Positions 56,794 to 64,000 of a DNA stretch of 64,000 nt are shown here, one piece after another (position 1 is the stretch's first letter; each line of letters starts with the position of its first letter). Under the pieces are notes generated by a model. That model was not told where the DNA came from and did not search any database. It saw nothing but the letters and a program-made list of their open reading frames with translations. Source of the stretch: the human T2T-CHM13v2.0 reference genome, Homo sapiens; the NCBI RefSeq assembly GCF_009914755.1, contig NC_060940.1, one strand, 5' to 3'. A program made the translations under genes and the position numbers.

Positions 56794-56926
56794 GACAGAG
56801 GTGTTCCGGGAGGAGCTGGGGGCCCGGCCAGATGCCACCAAAGTGCTTATCATCATCACGGATGGGGAGGCCACTGACAGTGGCAACATCGATGCGGCCA
56901 AAGACATCATCCGCTACATCATCGGG
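56794..56926 (+). CDS. ITGAL: ITGAL exon 8 ([44 protein letters not shown])
   Basis: acacag| and |gtaggg, 133 nt; TDGE MIDAS element. Confidence 0.97.
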
Positions 56927-57079
56927 GTAGGGCCCCTGCTGCTTCCTGCATCATATCTTCCCTCTCCTCTTTCTGAACCCCAAGCCCCTTTCTCCCTGGG
57001 GCCAGACTCTTGTGAAAATAATAGCAAACTGGACTGAGGTTTGGGGGATTTCAGCTCTTCACTCTCCACTCCCTCACAG

Positions 57080-57230
57080 ATTGGAAAGCATTTTCAGACC
57101 AAGGAGAGTCAGGAGACCCTCCACAAATTTGCATCAAAACCCGCGAGCGAGTTTGTGAAAATTCTGGACACATTTGAGAAGCTGAAAGATCTATTCACTG
57201 AGCTGCAGAAGAAGATCTATGTCATTGAGG
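57080..57230 (+). CDS. ITGAL: ITGAL exon 9 ([50 protein letters not shown])
   Basis: cctcacag| and |gtgagt, 151 nt; I-domain alpha7 helix. Confidence 0.97.
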
Positions 57231-58020
57231 GTGAGTGGCAGGCCCTGGGAGAGGGCTCGGGAGTCTGCATAAAGAAATTCCCCTGGGACATCAGGCCGGG
57301 CTTGGTGGCTCACACCTGTAATCCCAGCACTTTGGGAGGCCGAGGCAGGTGGATCAATTGAGCTCAGGAGTTTGAGACCAGCCTGGGCAACATGGCAAAA
57401 CCCCATCTATACTAAAAATACAAAAAATAGCCAGGTGTGGTGGTGGGTGCCTGTAATCCCACTACTCAGGAGGCTGAGGCGCAAGAATCGCTTGAACTCA
57501 GGAGGCAGAGGTTGCAGTGAGCCAAGATCGCACCACACTGCACTCCAGCCTGGGTGGCAGAGGAAGACTCCATTTCAAAAAATAAAAAACAAAAAACAAA
57601 AATGGCCGGACGCGGTGGCTCACACCTGTAATCCCAGCACTTTGGGAGGCTGAGGTGGGCAGATCACCTGAGGTCAGGAGTTCGAGACCAGCCTGGCCAA
57701 CATGGCGAAACCCCGTCTCTACTAAAAATACAAAAATTAGCTGGGCTTGGTGGTGCATGCCTGTAATCCCAGCTACTCAGGGGGCTGAGGCAGGAGAATC
57801 GCTTGAACCCAGGAGGCGGAGGTTGTAGTGAGCTGAGATGTGCCATTGCACTCCAGCCTGGGCAACACAGCAAGACTCAGTCTCAAACAAAACAAAACAA
57901 AACAAAAAAACAAAAAAAAACCTCCCCTGGGACATCCTATTAGAAACACAAAGAATAATAAGCACTTACTGAATATCTGATCTTGTGCCAAGGGCTTGCC
58001 TAAATAAAACAGACCTTTAG

Positions 58021-58425
<405 letters not shown>

Positions 58426-58428
58426 TGA

Positions 58429-58575
<147 letters not shown>

Positions 58576-59144
58576 TGACCTTCCAGGCTCAGGTGATCCT
58601 CCCACGTAGCTGGGACTACAGGTGTGTGATACCACACCTGGCTAATTTTTTTTTTTTTTTTGTATTTTTTGTATTTTTTGTAGAGGCAGGGATCTCGCTA
58701 TGTTGCCTGGGCTGGTCTCGAATTCCTGGCCCCAAGCAATCTGCCCACCTCGGCCTCCTAAAGTGCTAGGATTACAGGCGTGAGCCACTGCACCCGGCCC
58801 TCTCTGATATTTCTTTCTGAAATTCCATCTTCTCTTGGAGCTCAGGTTGATCTAGGACTGACCTATGTCTTGCTGGTGTGATCTGAGCCCCGCAGAGTGA
58901 ATGTAATTCCTCCCCCTTCTTGCTCAACTGTCTTGCTGTCACTTATCCAAGGCTCCACATTACTTCAGAAGGGCAGGCTGGCAGGGGCCAGTGTGAAGAA
59001 CCCACAAGTCTTCTTTCCTGGCCTAGAATAAGAGAAGATTTATATTGTGGTCACCAGATGGAGGACTGGTTATGGAGGGCATTTCCCCAGGAAGCTTACT
59101 TGACTGAAAGATATGTGATTCCTACAGGAAAGTCTCCTTTGCTA

Positions 59145-59443
<299 letters not shown>

Positions 59444-59821
59444 TTAATAAAAATGAAAAGTGATTTTTTAAAAAAAAGTTTTTAAAAAAAACTCACTCTC
59501 AACTGGCTTTTAAGCTGAGATATGAAAGATGAGATTCAAACAGCAATGTGAGAAAGGTGGAATGAGGGCAGAGAGAAGCACAGGTGCAAGCCCAGGGGCG
59601 GGGAAAGGGCTCGGCATGCCAGGAAAATGGAAAAAGTTCAGTGTGACCGAAGCGCAGTGAGGAAGGGAGAGAGAAGGTTGGCAGGGAGGTAAGGGTCTTC
59701 CAGGCCCTCAGAAAGAGTTTGGATTTCAGTGTGAAGATCGATGAGAAATCATGAAGGAGTTTTTTGTTGTTGTTGTTTTGAGACAGGGACTCACTCTGTT
59801 GCCCAGACTGGAGTGCAGTAG

Positions 59822-60173
<352 letters not shown>

Positions 60174-60274
60174 TCAAGCAATCTTCCTGCTTCAGCCTCA
60201 CATAGTGCTGGGATTACAGGCATGAGCCACTACGCCCGGCCGAGACAGAGTTTCTACTATATTGCCCAGCCTGA

Positions 60275-60556
<282 letters not shown>

Positions 60557-60647
60557 TAGTAGAGACGGGGTTTCACCATATTGGCCAGGCTGGTCTTGAA
60601 CTCCTAACCTCAGGTAATCTGCCCGCCTTGGCCTCCCAAAGTGCTAG

Positions 60648-60920
<273 letters not shown>

Positions 60921-60998
60921 TAATCTGCTTGCCTTGGCCTCCCAAAGTGCTGGGATTACAGGCATGAGCCACCACGCACAGCCAGTGAAGAGTTCTTA

Positions 60999-61190
<192 letters not shown>

Positions 61191-61422
61191 TCAAAGGCAG
61201 GAGTATCATGATTTGGTGATGTGTTGGAGATGAGATGGAGTATAGAGAAGACTCCAGGTGGATTTGGTTTCTTAGCATGGTTCATTAGGTGAGTGGGGGT
61301 GCCATTCATTGAAGTGAGAAGCCTGAGTCAGAGCAGAAACCAAGAGCTGAGTCTTGGACACATGGAGATGAGTAATTGGATATTCAAATCTGGAGGCTGG
61401 GCACAGTGGCTCACACCTGTCA

Positions 61423-61946
<524 letters not shown>

Positions 61947-62049
61947 TTACCCAGAAGTAAATACCTCACTTCTTCCCCGTCCTGCCATGAATTTTTTTCA
62001 CTGCATTTACTGCTGTTGGGTCTCACCTGTTCTCTGCTTTGTTCCCCAG

Positions 62050-62123
62050 GCACAAGCAAACAGGACCTGACTTCCTTCAACATGGAGCTGTCCTCCAGCG
62101 GCATCAGTGCTGACCTCAGCAGG
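62050..62123 (+). CDS. ITGAL: ITGAL exon 10 ([25 protein letters not shown])
   Basis: ttccccag| and |gtgcgt, 74 nt. Confidence 0.96.
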
Positions 62124-62221
62124 GTGCGTGCTGGGCTGGAGCAATGGGCTGCAGGGAGTGCAGTTGGCTCTGGGGGGTGGGTCGGTGGGTAGCTGACCCG
62201 CTCATCTCCTTCCCTGGGCAG

Positions 62222-62354
62222 GGCCATGCAGTCGTGGGGGCAGTAGGAGCCAAGGACTGGGCTGGGGGCTTTCTTGACCTGAAGGCAGACCTGCAGGATG
62301 ACACATTTATTGGGAATGAACCATTGACACCAGAAGTGAGAGCAGGCTATTTGG
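62222..62354 (+). CDS. ITGAL: ITGAL exon 11 ([44 protein letters not shown]); gene continues past the window
   Basis: ccctgggcag| and |gtgagt, 133 nt. Confidence 0.96.
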
Positions 62355-62494
62355 GTGAGTACTTCTCTTTTCTGCTGGGATCTTCTGGTTGTTGAGGTCA
62401 GATGGTCGCTCAGCCTGGCTTCCAAAACAATAATGAAAGCAGTTAAGCAACCAGCATGAACAAAGTCAGAGTTTAAATATGGCTATAACATTCA

Positions 62495-63655
<1,161 letters not shown>

Positions 63656-63775
63656 TATTAGTAAGAGGACTGGCCACTCCTTTTTAAGGCTTCCTCCTCT
63701 TGAATTGTCCAAGAGCACCTGAGGTCAAGAGTTCAAGACCAGCCTGGCCAACATGGTGAAACCCCGTCTCTACTA

Positions 63776-63955
<180 letters not shown>

Positions 63956-64000
63956 TTAGTTGGGCATGGTTGTGCATGCCTGTGGTCCCAGCTACTTGGG

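Overview
Human (or very close great-ape) genomic DNA matching the 16p11.2 DCTPP1-SEPHS2-ITGAL interval. The genes were identified from spliced translations I reconstructed by hand. The window holds the first two coding exons and CpG promoter of DCTPP1 (minus strand) and the complete intronless selenoprotein gene SEPHS2 (minus). The SEPHS2 CDS is 17966..16620, 448 aa, with an in-frame UGA/Sec at codon 60 that makes the supplied ORF track truncate it; a post-UGA hairpin and a 3'UTR SECIS are both visible. It also holds the promoter and coding exons 1-11 of ITGAL/CD11a (plus). The rest is extremely Alu-dense and includes solo LTR2 (HERV-E) and LTR7-family (HERV-H) elements, MER2, MaLR, MER74-like, L1/L2/MIR fragments, two Y3 RNA pseudogenes, a U7 pseudogene and an mRNA 3'UTR retrocopy. 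Nearly all other ORFs in the track are Alu or simple-repeat artefacts. I do not see a wholly new biological system. The most interesting leads are: a UGA-terminated uORF and a candidate 5'UTR micro-intron in SEPHS2, a hairpin-masked decoy AG at ITGAL exon 3, an Alu-flanked in-frame exon 5-6 module carrying the MIDAS, and an antisense U7 copy that puts a perfect U7-binding site in ITGAL pre-mRNA.
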